From: Leucoraja ocellata
Lineage: Eukaryota
Assembly: GCA_036785375.1 (NCBI GenBank)
Contig: JAWMAR010000061.1
Coordinates: 9,300,001 to 9,364,000, forward strand
Direction of reading: 5' to 3'
DNA length: 64,000 nt
The translations under genes and the position numbers were made by a program. Each line of letters begins with the position of its first letter. Within the stretch, counting starts at the first letter, position 1. The notes under the pieces were generated by a model. It was not told the origin of the DNA, searched no databases, and worked only from the letters and a program-made list of their open reading frames with translations. This document shows, one piece after another, positions 1-13,499 of this stretch.

Positions 1-99
1 TGTAACCATTTCTCAGCCCTTTTACCCAATTGATCAAGATCTTGCTGTAATTTTTGATAACCATCTTCATTATCTACGATATCACTCCTTGATTGTCAC

Positions 100-380
100 C
101 TTTGGAGATACAGCGTGGAAACAGGCCCTACAGCCGACCAAGTCCACATTGACTAGCGATCACCTTGTACACTAGCATCATCCTACACTAAGGACATTTA
201 TAGATGCAATTTATCTACAAACCTGGAGGTTTTTGGAGTGTGGGAGGAAACCAGAGCACTCACAGAAAACCCACACTGTCATGGGGAGAACGTACAAACT
301 CTATAAAGACAGCACCAAAGTCACGATCGAACCTGGGTCCCTGGCCGCTGTGAGGCAGCAACTCTACCGCTACACCACCG
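100..380 (-). mobile_element. tRNA-derived V-SINE (HE1-like)
   Basis: Reverse complement has a tRNA-like head (GGTAGAGTTGCTGCCTCACAGC...GGTTCGATC) and the V-domain motif GTGCTCTGGTTTCCTCCCACACTCC. Confidence 0.75.
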
Positions 381-2159
381 TGAAACATCTGTAAGTTTAC
401 TATTCGTACCTTGTGCATTCTCATCCAAATGGTTTGTAAAAAGTCACAAAGCCGATTCCTGAAGCACACCACTGGCCTCCAGTCTGAAAAACAATCTTCC
501 ACCATCACCCTCTGTTTCCTTCCAATTCTCTAACCAATCGACTCGCTCTTCATTGATCCCATGCGATCTAACCTTCCAGAGCAGCCTACCATGTGGAACC
601 TTAGCAAATAACACTTCTTCTGTCCAGAGTACTTCGGGTTGGCTCGGGGTTGTGAAGGACACTCTTTAGAAACTGCCCAGAAATTGGCGTCTCATCCAGG
701 CACATTTCCCCTACACGATCCCTTCACACCAAACCCTATCTCCCCGGGACGGCCAGCCCGACCTCCGCGGGGTGGAGCCCCAGTGATGGGAGTGAGGGAG
801 GTTGGTACCCTGAGCCCACCCATCCCAGACCAGAGACACACACAAAGCTGGAGTAACTCAGCGGGACAGGCAGCATCCTTGACCAGATCACACACTGAGC
901 ACTTTCTGAAGATGCAGAACCACGCCACTCGTCTGTAAACACCAACACGCGATTTCATAATATCCTCGTTCACAAAAGCCTCACAATTTCGAGCAAGGTC
1001 CTGTTGGTAAACACGACCCCCGGCCCCCCACCCACCCCCTCATCACACTACCAGTGGCCGCGCTGTACAGCGCATTCAGGGGGTGCAGTCTGCATCGGAT
1101 TCATTGCACCGAGCGCTTACAGACTGCAGCTCTGCAACAGATTGATGCACCGATTCATTGATTCCACCGAGCAATGATCGCACCAGTTTGTTTGCACCGA
1201 CCCGGACTCGGTACCGGATTCGTTGCTTGCATTGAATTAATTGTTTGCACCGAATGCATTGATTCCACCGTGTGCCTGCCTGGTGCACCGAGGTATCTCC
1301 GGTTGCACCAGCAGCAGTTCGCTATCCGGGTGCAGGAAGACCTCGGGCACCAGGCACAACCGAGTGGGTAGCTTATACTGGGCATCGCTGCGGGCATTGC
1401 CCACCCGATCCCACCTTACCTGTGTGGCCGCCTCCCGCTCACTTCCTTTGTGTTCCCTCCCGACTCACCAGTGCATGGAGCCCCCTACCCTGGATAGGGC
1501 ATACACATCGATACCCGGCAATCTGAATGCAGCAGTCACGTTACATATTCAGATTCCGGGGTGCCCCATACAAGGCGTGATATCAGCATTACCACCCACG
1601 ATCCTGAATGGTAAATAATACGCCTGGAGCCCAGGTTGGTGCATGGTTTATCATCAGAGTGGGCGCAATTGGGCTTTGCGTTTTAGTGTCGAGTGGGCAG
1701 CTCTGCTGAAGGAGCTTGCGAGCCGTTAGCATTGACGCCTCCCACCCGCGGAATGGGATTTGCGGAGATTTATTGCAACAAAAGGGTACAGGACACTGGT
1801 GGGACTAGTGCCTGTCATGGGGCAAGTCAAAATCGAAGGATAAATAGACACAAAGTGCTGGAATAAGTCAGAGGGTCAGGCAACATCTCTGGGGAACATG
1901 GACACAAAATGCTGCAGTAACTCAGCGGGACAGGCAGCATCTCTGGAGAGAAGGAATGGGTGACAATGCCGAGACCCTTCTTCGGAATAAATCTCCTTTA
2001 TTTGTTACCCTGCCTTTATGGCAGATGCAGAGTATAAGTTGGGAGGTCATGTGGCAGCTGTACACAACAGTGGTCAGGTCACAGTGGGAGTATTGTGTTT
2101 GGTTCTGATTGTCACACCACTGGTGTTATTACAAAGATTTATAGAAAGTGAGAGATTCA

Positions 2160-2880
2160 GCCCATCATCTCAGCCCTCACCTGGTTCCACCCAGCACTGT
2201 GTTCCCCATGAGGCCTCCTTTACATCGGCGAAACCATGTGTAGTTGAGGCGACTGTTTCACCAAACACCTGCATTCGATCCATCTGGGTCTGCTGGGTCT
2301 CCCAATTACTAACCATTTTAACTCCCCTTCCCATTCCCATACCGACCTTTCTGTCCTGGGCTTCCTCCATTGCCTGAGTGAGGCCATATGCAAACTGGAT
2401 GAACAGCACATATTACTTGGGTAGCTTACAAGCCAATAGCATGAACATTAAATTCTCTAATTTTTGATACCATCCCCTATCTTCTTTCCCCCTCTCTTCC
2501 CTGTGCCCCATCCAGGTGCATACCCATGTCTCCCACCATCGACCACTTTTAATTTTTTTTCCTTCCCCCGTCCCCTTTCCTCCTGTCCCATTCACCTATA
2601 TCCCTTCCTCTAGCTTCACATTTCACTACTCATCTCTACTTATCCAGCACTCTTTTGTCTATTTTCTTTGTCGCAAGCCTTTGTCCACCCATCTGCCAAT
2701 TAACCTCACCCCACAACTGTATTCACTTATCACTTGCCAGGCTTTTCCTGCCCCACAGATTTTCTAGTTTTTTCTTCCCTATAATCAATCTGAAGATGGA
2801 CCCTAACCCGAAACATCACCTATCCATGTCCTCCAGAGATGCTGCTCTGACCATTGAGTTACTCTAGCACTTTATGTTTC
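2160..2880 (+). mobile_element. Penelope-like retroelement 3' fragment
   Basis: Degenerate endonuclease C-terminus (CTCCATTG..GAGTGAGGCCA..CTGGATGAACAGCAC..TTGGGTAGCTTACA..ATGAACATT), a pyrimidine-rich tail and the terminal CTGAAGA...CCCGAAACATCACC...GAGTTACTCTAGCAC motif shared with many other copies in the window. Confidence 0.6.
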
Positions 2881-2919
2881 GACAAGACTTGACTTGTATT
2901 CCGTGTAACAATTCAATAA

Positions 2920-4515
2920 AAAAATCAGATGAAGATTAAAGAGAATCCCAAGGCATTTTATTCATATGTTAAAAACAAGAGGGGAACTCGGGAGAGAGTA
3001 GAATTACTCAACAATAAAGGAAGGATTAGTATTCACTAAGAAGAAGGACATGGATGATAGTGAAAGGAGCGTGATGTATACTGAATATGCTGGGTATTTG
3101 GAGCTCAAAACGGAGGTGGTGTTGGGTGTCTTGAAGGGCGTTAAGGTGGATGAGTCCCCATAGCCTGATGGGATCTATCATAGCCTACTGAGAGAGGAAA
3201 CTTGGAGTGTTGACTAAGATCTATTAATTCTCACTAGTTACAGGTGAGTTCCAGGATAACTGAAGAGTAGCTGAGATTGGTCCTTTGTTTAAGAAGGGAA
3301 ATGATAATCGGACATTGGTTAGCATTCTTCGGGATAGAATTTACTTGGATTTTGAAGAGAATGGCCTGTTTACGGAGAGTTAACATGGTTTAGTGTGGGA
3401 CAGGTCATATCTTATAAATGATTTAGTATTTTGAGGAGGTGATGAAGATTATTGATGAGGCTCGGGCAGTGAATATTATCTGCAAGGTACATGACAAAAT
3501 CTCTCATCACATGGCCGATCCAGAAGATTGAGATGCAAGAGATTCACAATAACTTGATAGTTTGGATTCAGAACTAGCTTTTCATGCAAGTTGTGGAGGA
3601 AAGTTGTTATTCGGCTGTAAGTCTGTATCCAGTGGTGTTTCACAGGGATCAGTGCTGGATCCACTGTTGTTTTTAATTCATATAAATGACTAGGATGAAA
3701 TTGTAGATGGGTTAGTTAGTAGGTTTGCACACAACACAAAAATTAGTGGTAGTCACAAAAACTGGAGTAACTCAGCTCTCCGACAAAAAAATAGTGGAGT
3801 TGTGGATAGTGAAGAAGGCTGTCAATAGATACAGCAGGATAAATTTCAATTACAGATATGGGTGGAGAAATAACAGATGGAATTTAATCCAGGCAAGTAT
3901 GTTGTTGTATTTTAGGAGGTCAAACGCAAGGTGAAAGTATACACTTAATGGTAGAACCTTTAATAGTATTGTTGGGTTGTGAGTCTATATCTTCCGGAAA
4001 GTAGCAACAAAAGTAGATAAGAGTGCTAAAGAAGCAATACAATATGCTACCTTTCATGGGTCGGGACATTGAGGAACAGAGACAGGAGATCATGTTGCAT
4101 CTTTATAAATCTTTGGTTAGGTGGAGTAATGTGTGCAGTTCTGGTTGTCCCCATACAAGAGGATGCTGTCTGGATTAGGAAGTATAGATACAAGAAAGGA
4201 ATAGATAGGGTTGACAGAACCAAAGGCGGAAATGTAAAAACCTATGGGCATAGCTTTAAGGTAAGAGGGAAAAGTTTAAAGGAGATATTCAGAGGCAAGT
4301 TTGTTCCACAGAGATTAGTGGGTGCCTGGAACAAGCTCCAGGGTGGTGGAGGAGGCAGGTACAATAGTGCTGTTTAAGAGGCTTATTGGTAGGCACATGG
4401 ATATGCAGGGATGTGGATCGTGTGTAAGCAGAAGGGATTAGTTTAATTTGCCAGCATGTGTGGCACAGACATTACGGGCCAAAGTACCTGTTCCTGCTCT
4501 GTACTAATCTATGTT
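2920..4515 (+). mobile_element. Degenerate CR1-type LINE (ORF2 RT region and 3' tail)
   Basis: KENPKAFY-like and GISAGSTVVF/PQGSVLGP-like RT remnants, many stops and frameshifts, and a 3' tail (GGGCCAAAGTACCTGTTCCTGCTCTGTACTAATCTATG) matching other copies here. Confidence 0.75.
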
Positions 4516-4585
4516 AAAGTGTTACACAAAGCGCAATGAGATTGGGTGAAGGGGAGCCTTTGTGGAGCAATAACCAATAACGCCT

Positions 4586-4745
4586 GCATAAACCAAGTGC
4601 TGGAGCAACTCGGCGGCTCAAGCAGCATCTCTGAATACATGGGTAGGTGATGTTTCAGCTCGGAACCCATTGGTCTGAAGGATCCCGACGTGAAACATCA
4701 CGTATCAATGTTCCCCAGAGACGCTGCCTGACCCCCTGAGTACAA
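4586..4745. mobile_element. Head-to-head (inverted) Penelope-like terminal repeats
   Basis: GCAGCATCTCTG..GGTGATGTTTCA is followed by its inverted counterpart TGAAACATCAC..CAGAGACGCTGCCTGAC. Confidence 0.55.
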
Positions 4746-4849
4746 GAGAAGTCCAACATCTGAACCGTCTTCTCCAACTCCCTGACCCTTAGTTTGGTGA
4801 ATGAATGAATGAATGGGAACCGGACCTGCCCTAGGCCGAGCCCTGCGTC

Positions 4850-5150
4850 TACCCCACAGCCTACCTAGGTTAGTCTTCATCAGCCGGGCCGAAGGGCCGC
4901 AGGGCCGCCCGGGAGACTCCGGAGACCACGTGAGGGACGTGAGGGGAGCGGGAGGCCCGCGGCCCGAGGCCCGAGGCGGGAAACCGGGCGGAACGTTTCT
5001 TCCGCGGAAACCAGGGGCCGGAACCCGGAACCTCCGGCAGCGGGATCTTGTTCCGGGGATCCGGCGCCGTGACTCCGCGAACATGGCGGCGCTCGGAAGC
5101 TTCGTTCGGCGGCTGGAGAACGCGGTGGAGCGGCCGGTCCTCATGTTGAG
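4850..5150 (+). promoter_or_regulatory. CpG-island promoter of MPHOSPH10 (possibly bidirectional)
   Basis: GC- and CpG-rich stretch before the ATG. Contains an E-box CACGTG (4927-4932), repeated ETS-like CCGGAA motifs (about 5018-5030) and a YY1-like AACATGGCGGC overlapping the start codon. Confidence 0.7.
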
Positions 5151-8100
5151 GTAGAAGAGAGAGAGGGGGGGGGGGGGGGTAGAGAGGGGGAGAGAAGGGA
5201 GAGAGAGGGAGAGAGAGAAGGGGAGAGAGGGTGGAGGAGAGAGGGGGGGGGAGGATAGAGAGGGGAGAGGAGAGGGGTTAGAGGGGTGGAGCGGCCGGTC
5301 CTCATGTNNNNNNNNNNNNNNNNNNNNNNNNNNNNNNNNNNNNNNNNNNNNNNNNNNNNNNNNNNNNNNNNNNNNNNNNNNNNNNNNNNNNNNNNNNNNN
5401 NNNNNNNNNNNNNNNNNNNNNNNNNNNNNNNNNNNNNNNNNNNNNNNNNNNNNNNNNNNNNNNNNNNNNNNNNNNNNNNNNNNNNNNNNNNNNNNNNNNN
5501 NNNNNNNNNNNNNNNNNNNNNNNNNNNNNNNNNNNNNNNNNNNNNNNNNNNNNNNNNNNNNNNNNNNNNNNNNNNNNNNNNNNNNNNNNNNNNNNNNNNN
5601 NNNNNNNNNNNNNNNNNNNNNNNNNNNNNNNNNNNNNNNNNNNNNNNNNNNNNNNNNNNNNNNNNNNNNNNNNNNNNNNNNNNNNNNNNNNNNNNNNNNA
5701 GAGGAGAGAGGGGGGAGAGAGGAGAGAGGGGGGGAGAGAGGCCGGTCCTCATGTTGAGGTAGAGGGAGGAGAGAGAGGGGAGAGAGAAGGAGGGGGGAGA
5801 GAGGAGGGGGGAGACGGGAGAGGAGAGAGGGGGGAGGAGAGAGCCGGGGCAAGGCGGGGGCAGCGGCCCGGGTTAGCGTCAGGTTGGACGTTCATGCTGA
5901 CAGAGATAATTTTCGCAGCTACTTCTATTCCCCTGTAATTTGGCCCGGTGTCCCTCAAACTTTCCTATCCATTAACCATTTGAAAGGGTTCTAAATGTTG
6001 CAATTGTTTGGGAATTTGGGGCCAATGTCTAAGCGAGGGGGGGGGGGGGGGGGTATGGTTGCAGAGCGAGCTATGGGGGTTTGGTAAGAATGGGGTTCAA
6101 GATGGGGAGGGGTTTGTATCAAAGAGAAAGATGGATTATTTAGATGGATTTTGTGCTCTTTGACCGTGGTTGGGTAGCCATGACCAGGTTTCATAAACTG
6201 GTGATTATGAATCCCATGAAGTGCCAGCCAGGACGGTTATACTGAACACAAGCCTGCCATCTGGTGTGTGCCTGAAACACCTTGCAGAATTACAAGTGTT
6301 GATGCCTGAGAAACCATGGATGGTTTGTGTAATAGCTGGGTCCTGACCATTACTGGTGAGAATGTGTGATTAACACGGTCTTCTCTGACTCCCAGTGTAC
6401 AGGAAGGATTGGCATCAGAGTTCACTGGTCTCACGAAGGAGCTGTATGATTTCCAGAAGACACAGGAGGCGGACGGGACTGCCGGGAGCCCTTTGAAGGA
6501 GTTGGTTGTAGAACAATTTGATGAAGAGCAGATCTGGCAGGAAATTGAATTACAGAATCATTCAGTCTTGAACTATTTTAAAAGGGCAGTTGCTTTTCTT
6601 GTGCAAGACAATCTCAGCAGAGTGAATAGAGTGGAAGAGGCAGAGATTGATACGCCTGGAGAGGAGTTTGAAACAGAAAATGATTATGAAGTAGGGGAGG
6701 GCAGTGATGATGAGAAAGAGTTAAAATCTGAGAAAGTTAATGAAAAAGACCAGTCTGAAGAGCTTAGTGATGAAGACTCCGACATCAACTTTGATATCGA
6801 TGAGCTTGTGAAAAAAACTAAACTGCAAAAAAAGAGCCCCAAACTCCCAAGCTCAGACCTGGATGATAAATTTTTCAAACTTTCAGAAATGGAAGCTTTT
6901 TTAGAGAAAGCTGAAAAGGAAGAAGGAAATAGTGAAGAGAATGATGAAGATGATATAGATTATTTTGAAGATATTCTCTCTGAGGATGAAGAAATTATAA
7001 AAACAAACTCCAGGAAAAAGGTAATCTCACAAACTTCACTGATCCTGGTAGAGTCTTAAGAGTCACTGGCCCTTCTGGTCAACTTGTCCATGGCGACCCA
7101 GATGCCCCATCTATACTAGCCCATTTCCTGCTAAACCTTTCCTAGCCATGTAGTATCTGCTGTAACTACCTCCTCTGGCAGCTTGATCCATATACCTATT
7201 AGCCTTTGTCTGAAAAGTCACCCCCAAGGTTCCCATTAAATATTTCCCCTCACCTTTGGTCTATGTCTTCATGTTCATGATTCCCCTACTCTGAGTAAAA
7301 GACTGTGCATTCATTTCACCTATTCCCCTCATGATTTTATCCCCTCATCGATAAGATCATTCCTCAGTCTGCTGCGCACCGTGAATAATAAAGTCTTAGC
7401 CTGTCCAACATCTCTCTGTAGCTCAGGCCCTTGGTCCTGGCAACATCCTTGTAAATCTTACCTGCACTTTTCCAGCTTAACATCTTTCACGTTGGAACTT
7501 TATAGGAGCAGAAATAGGCCATTTGGCCCATCAAAACTACTCTGGCATTCATTCATGACTGATCTCTCCAGTAAATATCTCCAACCTGGAGCTAGATTGG
7601 AACGGCATACCGTTGGACAACTGAACTCATACAATCCAATGTACCTCTAAGCATAGGCTTGAATTGGGCATCCTATCCTTGTGATTGCAGACTCTGCGGA
7701 AGTACTGTAACAATGCATCGCACATCTCCAAAGATTCACAGAGATCTGGGTCCTCTGAATGTCAGGATCAGGTGTAGGCTGATGTGACGTGACTTGTTCC
7801 ACAGCCAGTGGATCCAATTTGTACATCATTTAGCACATAGAACAGTGCAACCCACAATGTCTGAACTAAACATAAGCTGTCAAACTCATCGCATGTGACC
7901 CATATCCCTCCATTTGACAAAGATCCAAGAACAGGTTGGCTGTCTGTCCTACCCATGGGATTAGCAAATGGATGGGTGTCTCACAGAAATTGCAAATAAG
8001 GAGCCCTGTGAAATTGTTTATGTATTTAAATTTTGGTTGTTATCGGTCAGGCGAAGAGTTCCAGGAACATGCAGTACAAGGATTTCTTCGACCCAATTGA

Positions 8101-11100
8101 GGAACCTGGAAGAGGAGATGGCAAAGAGGCAAAACGGGAACTAAAGCGGAAAGAATTAGAGGATGACACTACTCTGGATGAGTATGTTCCCCCAAGTTAC
8201 TTTCTCCATTTCTTTTGCTCCACCTCTAGTCAACATTCCTCTGATGCTCCATCCGAGAAACCTCATTCTCTCTTGAGGAAGATGGTGGATGGCAATGTAA
8301 CAGTGGCATTTTAATCCCCTCAGTCTAATTAGCCCTCATCCACTTCATTCTTTAGAAATGCAAGTTACAGGAGTGATGCTGGTGAGTGGAGTTGGACTGC
8401 ATGAAGATTCAGTAACAGGTGTTTGATCTGAGCCTGTTTCCATGCGATGTGATTCTATGAACACGTAATATGCTGCACAACATATCTATGCAGCCAGTTT
8501 GTTTTATAGTCTGGTCCTTTTGAGGGAGCTAACAACGTTACTCTTCTATCTGCACTGCTCTTGAATAGCATGCTCCAAAAACCGTGCTCCCGTTCACATA
8601 CAGTTTATCTCACTGACATCAGTCACAAAAAGCTGGAGTAGCTCAGTGGGTCAGTAACTTCTGCATAACACTGGGCTAGTACATAACACTGGGCTAGTAC
8701 ATAACACTGGGCTAGTACATAATGCTGGGCTAGTACATGACGCCGGGCTTCTAACACTACAACCTGTAAAGACTCGTCTGCAGATGATGAAGACTATGTT
8801 GGACAGTGTTGTATTAATTGGTTTCTTTCATGAACCAGAGACAAGGAGCAGGTGGAAGCCAAGAGGGCCAAGGGCAAGAAAGTCAGCTTTGATCTTTCCG
8901 ATGACGGTGAGGAAGATGACCTGACCAGAGTGATAGAAGGGAAGAAGCTGGAAGTGGAAAAATCAAACTTTGAAAAACGCCAAGAAAAGGTGAGTATTAT
9001 AATTCAAAGACAGTGTTTGTGGCCTGACATTAACTGAAGCTTGTTATAACGTCACGGGAGTCATACGGAGAATGCAGAGTTTTGAGAGTGAATCAGTGGA
9101 CACACATTTCAATTGGATGGTGAGAACTTTACATTTTGTGGGCAGGAGCAGAGAGAGGGTGGGATTGAGTGGAAGTATATGGAATTATTGAAGGCTGGTG
9201 CAGAGTAAAGATGAACAGGGTGCTCATTGTGATGGAAGGGACATACAGTTAACTGAAGAATTGAATAGGAGAATTTTACTTGGATTGAGACTAACATATA
9301 CTGTTGAAACAAGTAACAAAATGCTGCCTGACCTGCTGAGTTACACCAGCGTTTTGTGTTGTTTTTCTTCTGGAATTGGTGATGTTGCAGCGACCAGGTC
9401 AACATTTAAGGACAGATTTTGTTGGCAATAAAAGGAACAGGATTGTGACATGGATTAGCATCCAGCGTATGCAGAGTTAGCACCAGCATGAGAATCGGTC
9501 TAGAATAGCTCCAGTCCAGTCTCTAATTTCCATGTCATTCAATCGCTAACTGCTGTGGTTTGCTCCCTATAGTTGAAAGCACACATCCAACAGCTGGAGA
9601 AAACAGCCTTGGAGCAGAAGCCATGGCAGCTCCTGGGAGAGGTCACAGCTCAGAAACGGCCTGAGAACAGCTTGCTGGAAGAGGACCTTCACTTTGATCA
9701 TGCGGTCAGGAAAGGTGTGTCCTATGCATAATCATTGAGGAGATGGAGGCAAGGAGTTTACTCATTCTGTGGGAATGTTGGGGTGCGTGGGGGGTGACTA
9801 GCTGGGAAAGCAACACTATGTTATGGTCTGTCGAGTACTGAGTCTGTGTCTATCCCTAGCACCTGTCATCACTGAGGAGACAACACTTCAACTAGAGGAT
9901 ATCATTATCCAGAGGATTAAAGACCAGGTCAGTACTATTTTGCTGTTAACTCTGAACCAGCTTGTTTGATGTAGGTGACTAAGAGGGACTGCAGAGACCA
10001 GCGTTCCTTATCGTGCTTCTGCTGTATAGACTGGCAGTGGAAGGTTGATTGAGAATCAAGTGCTCTCTCCACAGGCGTGGGATGATGTCTTGCGTAAGGA
10101 GAAGCCCAAAGAAGAGACGTTTGAATACAAAAAACGACTTACTTTGGACCATGAGAAAAGTAAACTGAGTCTGGCTGAAGTCTATGAGCAAGAATATCAA
10201 AAGCAAACTCAGGTAAGAAATTACTAATCTTGGACAACAGAGTAGAAGGATGTAAAAGTGAAACTGAACCCCGGATAGAGTCACACCTTTAGGGACCAGG
10301 GAGACCTGGCAACTTAAGGCATTATTGGTTAAAATTTACAATGCAAAAACATAACTGGAGGTGAAATTTGCTGCTTTAATAACTGTGATTTAATTTTGGT
10401 AAGACTTATGTTAAAACGGGTAAAGGTCTATGAGCTTGCTCTCAAGGCAGAGAATGGCCCTCGGTCTGACCCTAGTATTGAGTGATGGTGATCTTGTATC
10501 AGAGAGGTGATGTCTGCTCTTTATTTCTATCCTCATCACTGCAGCAAAAATCAGAAGTGGAGGAAAACCAACAGTACACAGAGATCCAGAAAAAGATTGA
10601 TTCTTTATTCCTCAAATTGGATGCGCTCTCAAACTTCCATTTCACCCCCAAACCGGTGAGTAATGAAATAACGTAACACCAACGAAGGTCTGGAAACAGT
10701 TTGGTCGGGTAGAGCTGTGCTGTTTTTGACACCATCAGAGCTTGCTAGCTACATTGATGCTGCCAGCTGTTACCTGCCTAGTGAGCCTCATTGTGCTCAG
10801 CAGCCCTGCAAGTCAATCCCAGGCCCGACGCAGCATTGTAAGTAAGTCATTGTTCCGTTTCAGGACATATGACAATAAAACTCTCTTCACACATGCAGTG
10901 TGGGCACTTGGTTAAACTGTAATGTGACAAGTAACCATGTGAGTGAAGAGTTTGGATTCTTCACTAAGTTAGGAGAGAGATTTCGACCAAGATTATAAAA
11001 ACAATATTCACTTTTGTTGAAACGGAGTTGTTTCAGACGGGTGCTGTGGAACTTCACTGGTACCAGCACCAAAACCAAACACCACAAATCACTGGAGTTT

Positions 11101-12955
11101 CCTAGGACTTATTTATCTGTAGATGACTGCATCAACTGTTTGTGCTCCTACAGATGCTAGTCCAACACAGCAGTCACAGCATCTGACCTTCTGATCATTG
11201 TACCATGAGAAATTTTATCATCTACATAACTGTTTTGTGAGCCATCATGTACAGTAAAATGGAGATTAACTGCAGCTACCTTCCACACTGGGATTGTGAA
11301 TACCCCCCCACACACAATGTGAATACCCCTCTTCCACTGTGTTTACAAGCCCCCATACTTCATAGTATCTCCATACTTCATGACTGAGATGGGACTCGTA
11401 TCTGAGCTGTGTTGATGGGGGGCTGTAGGCATGAACTCGGACATTCTTTGTCTCGCTTTAATGTTTATTTTTAAACAAAACATGTTTATTTTTTCCAGCC
11501 TGTGCCTGAGATGAAGGTAGTTTCCAACCTGCCTTCCATCAACATGGAGGAAGTGGCTCCAGTGAATGTCAGTGATGCCACGCTGTTGGCACCAGAGGAA
11601 GTCAAGGTAAGAGATGAAAGCAGAGCAAAGTCAGAGATAATGGGGGTGAATGCTTCTTGGAGCGACACTGAGCTCCAGTTATCAGTTGAGCTAGTGTGGG
11701 GGTGGCCATTGATTAATGTGAGTCCCTCCTTGTGAGGTCAGTGGGTCTGCTAGAGAGTGATCCAGTGCACATTGGGTGTGTTTGGGGCAGAGCCCAGGTG
11801 TCATTGTGTGAGGTTCACACGTGGTTTACCCGACTGCAGCCCCTCTGTCAGGCTGGATGTTTGAACTGGTGAGAGCAGGAATGTGCTTGGTGCTGGAGTT
11901 GTGCTGACTGGTGACAATTACAGGGGAAGGGCCGAGCTGGAGCGCTGCTGGGAGAGGATGAGAAGACATCGACTGACAAGAAGCGGGAGAGGCGGAAGAA
12001 GAAGAAGCTGAAGCGACTGCGACTACAGGCAAGAGAGATGCGGCAGAAAGAACTGGAGAAGCAGAACGTGAAGCTGAGCGGCAAACAAGAGAAGGAAATG
12101 AATGCTGAGAAAGCAAAGAAACTGAGTCAGCAGGGAAAGGTGGTATTGCTAAAGGTGAGCGCAGATTGTGATTACCATCAGAGCTGCTGTACAATCCTGC
12201 CGTCTAATGTTCCTTGTGTGCATTGAAGAGAGGAAGTGAACTCCACTTTGCAGTGTTTTATTTCCATTGTATAATTGCTCCCCAGTGACAGTAAATCACC
12301 ATGAATCAATCCTAGTGTAATCACCAATTGAATTACCTCTCAACAGATTTTAAATCCAATCGAGCTAGCTCCATGCCCTGCACTGTGATTTCAAATCCGC
12401 TAACATCTCCCATTACAGTTGCTTCATGACAAATTAAAAACAACCAGAAAATACAGAGAATAAACATGATCTATCAGCTTTAGGGACACCTTCAGGGACT
12501 GTACCCCGGGTAGATGATTGTGGTGGGATCCTTCAATAGCTGAAATGTGAACTTTTCTTTAAGCTGTTACTTATCTTCACTAGTTGCAGCACTATCTGAT
12601 TGCTGGATCAGTTTACTTGCTTAATTAGATTTAGTATTTCGATTAATTAGATTAGTAATTCCCTCAATCTCCCCCTTTGCATGCATTCCCGATGCCTGAA
12701 CCACATAGCACTGTTCATACAGTAAATCCTAGCACTGTAATTCACCACAAGCAAGAAATAATACAGCATTTTAAAATGGACTAATGTTGTTTTTATTACA
12801 AAAAGGATGAAGGAAAAGACAAGAGTTTGCGTTCATCAAAAGCCTTCTTCTCCCATTTACAAGATCAAGTGAAAGCAGAGCTCAAAGGAGTCAAGGTTGG
12901 AGCGAAGAAGAAGAATATTCACGGGAAACTTTCAGGAAATAAGTTGAAACTTTAA
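5083..12955 (+). CDS. MPHOSPH10: M-phase phosphoprotein 10 (U3 snoRNP / SSU processome Mpp10), 11 coding exons, about 640 aa
   Basis: Exons join(5083-5150,6396-7020,8051-8181,8839-8989,9573-9714,9860-9927,10075-10212,10545-10655,11499-11606,11924-12154,12806-12955). All introns are GT-AG with consistent phases; total 1923 nt. Mpp10 motifs: [112 protein letters not shown], ending KLKL*. Confidence 0.96.
5151..5845 (+). repeat. GA-rich tandem repeat containing copies of the MPHOSPH10 exon 1 3' end; spans N gap 5308-5699
   Basis: GGCCGGTCCTCATGT(TGAGGTAG) recurs at about 5133, 5293 and 5740, separated by GA-rich spacers. Confidence 0.8.
8664..8750. repeat. 18-bp minisatellite (ACATAACACTGGGCTAGT) x about 4-5
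   Basis: Directly visible tandem copies. Confidence 0.85.
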
Positions 12956-13069
12956 TACAGATCCCTTCACGCTGTCTACATGGTGTCATCCCCGCTTCCT
13001 GCCATTGCTGTTATGGAGCATAGCATTCCAAAATGTTTCTTATATAAAACAAGCTGCGTCCATTAAAAC

Positions 13070-13075
13070 AATAAA
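13070..13075 (+). terminator. MPHOSPH10 polyadenylation signal
   Basis: AATAAA, preceded by ATTAAA, about 115 nt after the stop codon and followed by T-rich sequence. Confidence 0.65.
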
Positions 13076-13499
13076 TTTTCTGCTTTTTGTTAGCCTCAGT
13101 CTGTGAAAGAACTTTACCAGATAATTGACCGAAAATCTGATCTTCAGACAACACAAAGATGTTGGAAATACCAAGGACACTTCAGTGTAGTGCATCAGGG
13201 ATTTCAAGTCGCTGATCTTTTATCCGAACCAGAAAATGTTTTAAAATGCTGAGAAATGGAGAGAATAAAAGCTTGGGAAGGAAGCTGTGTGTTGTGTTGG
13301 ATTAAAGCACACATGTGACTGTTAGCAGTTTCTGGGTAATGTTCACATCATGGACTGATTGTGTAAATTGATCAATAGAAACATGTCCAGCTGATCATAA
13401 ACCTTTATACTTAACATCTCAATTGTTATTTGAAAATGCCACGGAATGATTAAGTATTGTATTGTCAAGAGAATTTGAAGTTGTATTGAAATATTAACA

